The translations under genes were made by a program, and so were the position numbers. 32,000 nt of DNA from Geotalea uraniireducens Rf4 (lineage in GTDB: Bacteria > Desulfobacterota > Desulfuromonadia > Geobacterales > Geobacteraceae): the NCBI RefSeq assembly GCF_000016745.1, contig NC_009483.1, positions 4,020,001 through 4,052,000 on the forward strand. Direction: 5' to 3'. Shown piece after piece: positions 31,769 to 32,000 of the stretch; the first letter of the stretch is position 1; each line of letters starts with the position of its first letter. The notes below the pieces were generated by a model. The model worked only from the letters and a program-made list of their open reading frames with translations. It was not told the origin of the DNA and searched no databases.

Positions 31769-32000
31769 TCATGCTTCGGGTCTCTGGTAATCCGGGTTCA
31801 TCTGCCAAAGCGCCAGCGTAGCCCCGGTCGGATCGGTGATCACGCTGAACCAGCCGATACCGGGTATCTCGGTGACCTCCTTGCAGATCGTCGCCCCCAG
31901 AGATTTGGCCTTTTCGGTGGCGGCGACCGCATCGGCCACCAGGACGTAGGCCAGCCAGAACGAAGGGGAATCGGGCATCGGGTTTTTCATCATGCCGCCT
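31769..32000 (-). CDS. VOC (glyoxalase/bleomycin-resistance fold) family protein, C-terminal part (5' end beyond the window)
   Basis: ...SFWLAYVLVADAVAATEKAKSLGATICKEVTEIPGIGWFSVITDPTGATLALWQ is the typical second beta-alpha-beta-beta-beta half of small VOC proteins. The frame stays open to the right window edge. Confidence 0.75.
   Translation of the reverse strand, partial: GGMMKNPMPDSPSFWLAYVLVADAVAATEKAKSLGATICKEVTEIPGIGWFSVITDPTGATLALWQMNPDYQRPEA

Overview
The window looks like a chromosome segment from a Geobacter-type (Desulfuromonadota) metal reducer. That assignment is an inference from gene content, not a database hit. The core (about 4.1-19.8 kb, minus strand, high GC) is a cluster of three giant secreted multiheme c-type cytochromes of 1017, 1457 and 901 aa. 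By hand count they carry about 27, 36 and 22 CXXCH/CX4CH sites. Downstream lies a 7-bladed BNR/Ycf48-like propeller lipoprotein; upstream lie another lipoprotein and a 913-aa NHL-propeller/Ig-repeat/dockerin-like protein. The cytochrome genes are a recombination mosaic. The 901-aa gene matches the 1457-aa gene minus an internal 585-aa block and with a different tail, and the two share an 830-bp perfectly identical direct repeat 4,451 bp apart. The left flank holds corA (partial), a Phd/ParE pair, a MuiA/DUF4139-like protein, BrnA with a decayed BrnT, and a YgiW-type OB-fold protein. The right half (about 19.9-31.3 kb) has lower GC and looks accessory. It contains an OMP beta-barrel, small ORFs and tRNA-Sec (selC). 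After selC comes an eroded island-like stretch with a frameshifted RelE-like toxin plus an intact XRE antitoxin, and an nfeD-SPFH operon bracketed by DUF4160-like remnants and two repeat families. The stretch also holds a small-protein/GNAT-like pair and an NAD(P)-binding protein. Further right are an FKBP isomerase, a class-A beta-lactamase-like hydrolase, an AT-rich spacer with a DnaA-box cluster, and a degenerate 3' fragment of tmRNA (ssrA). DUF2147 and a partial VOC-family gene close the window. I saw no CRISPR array, integrase or transposase.
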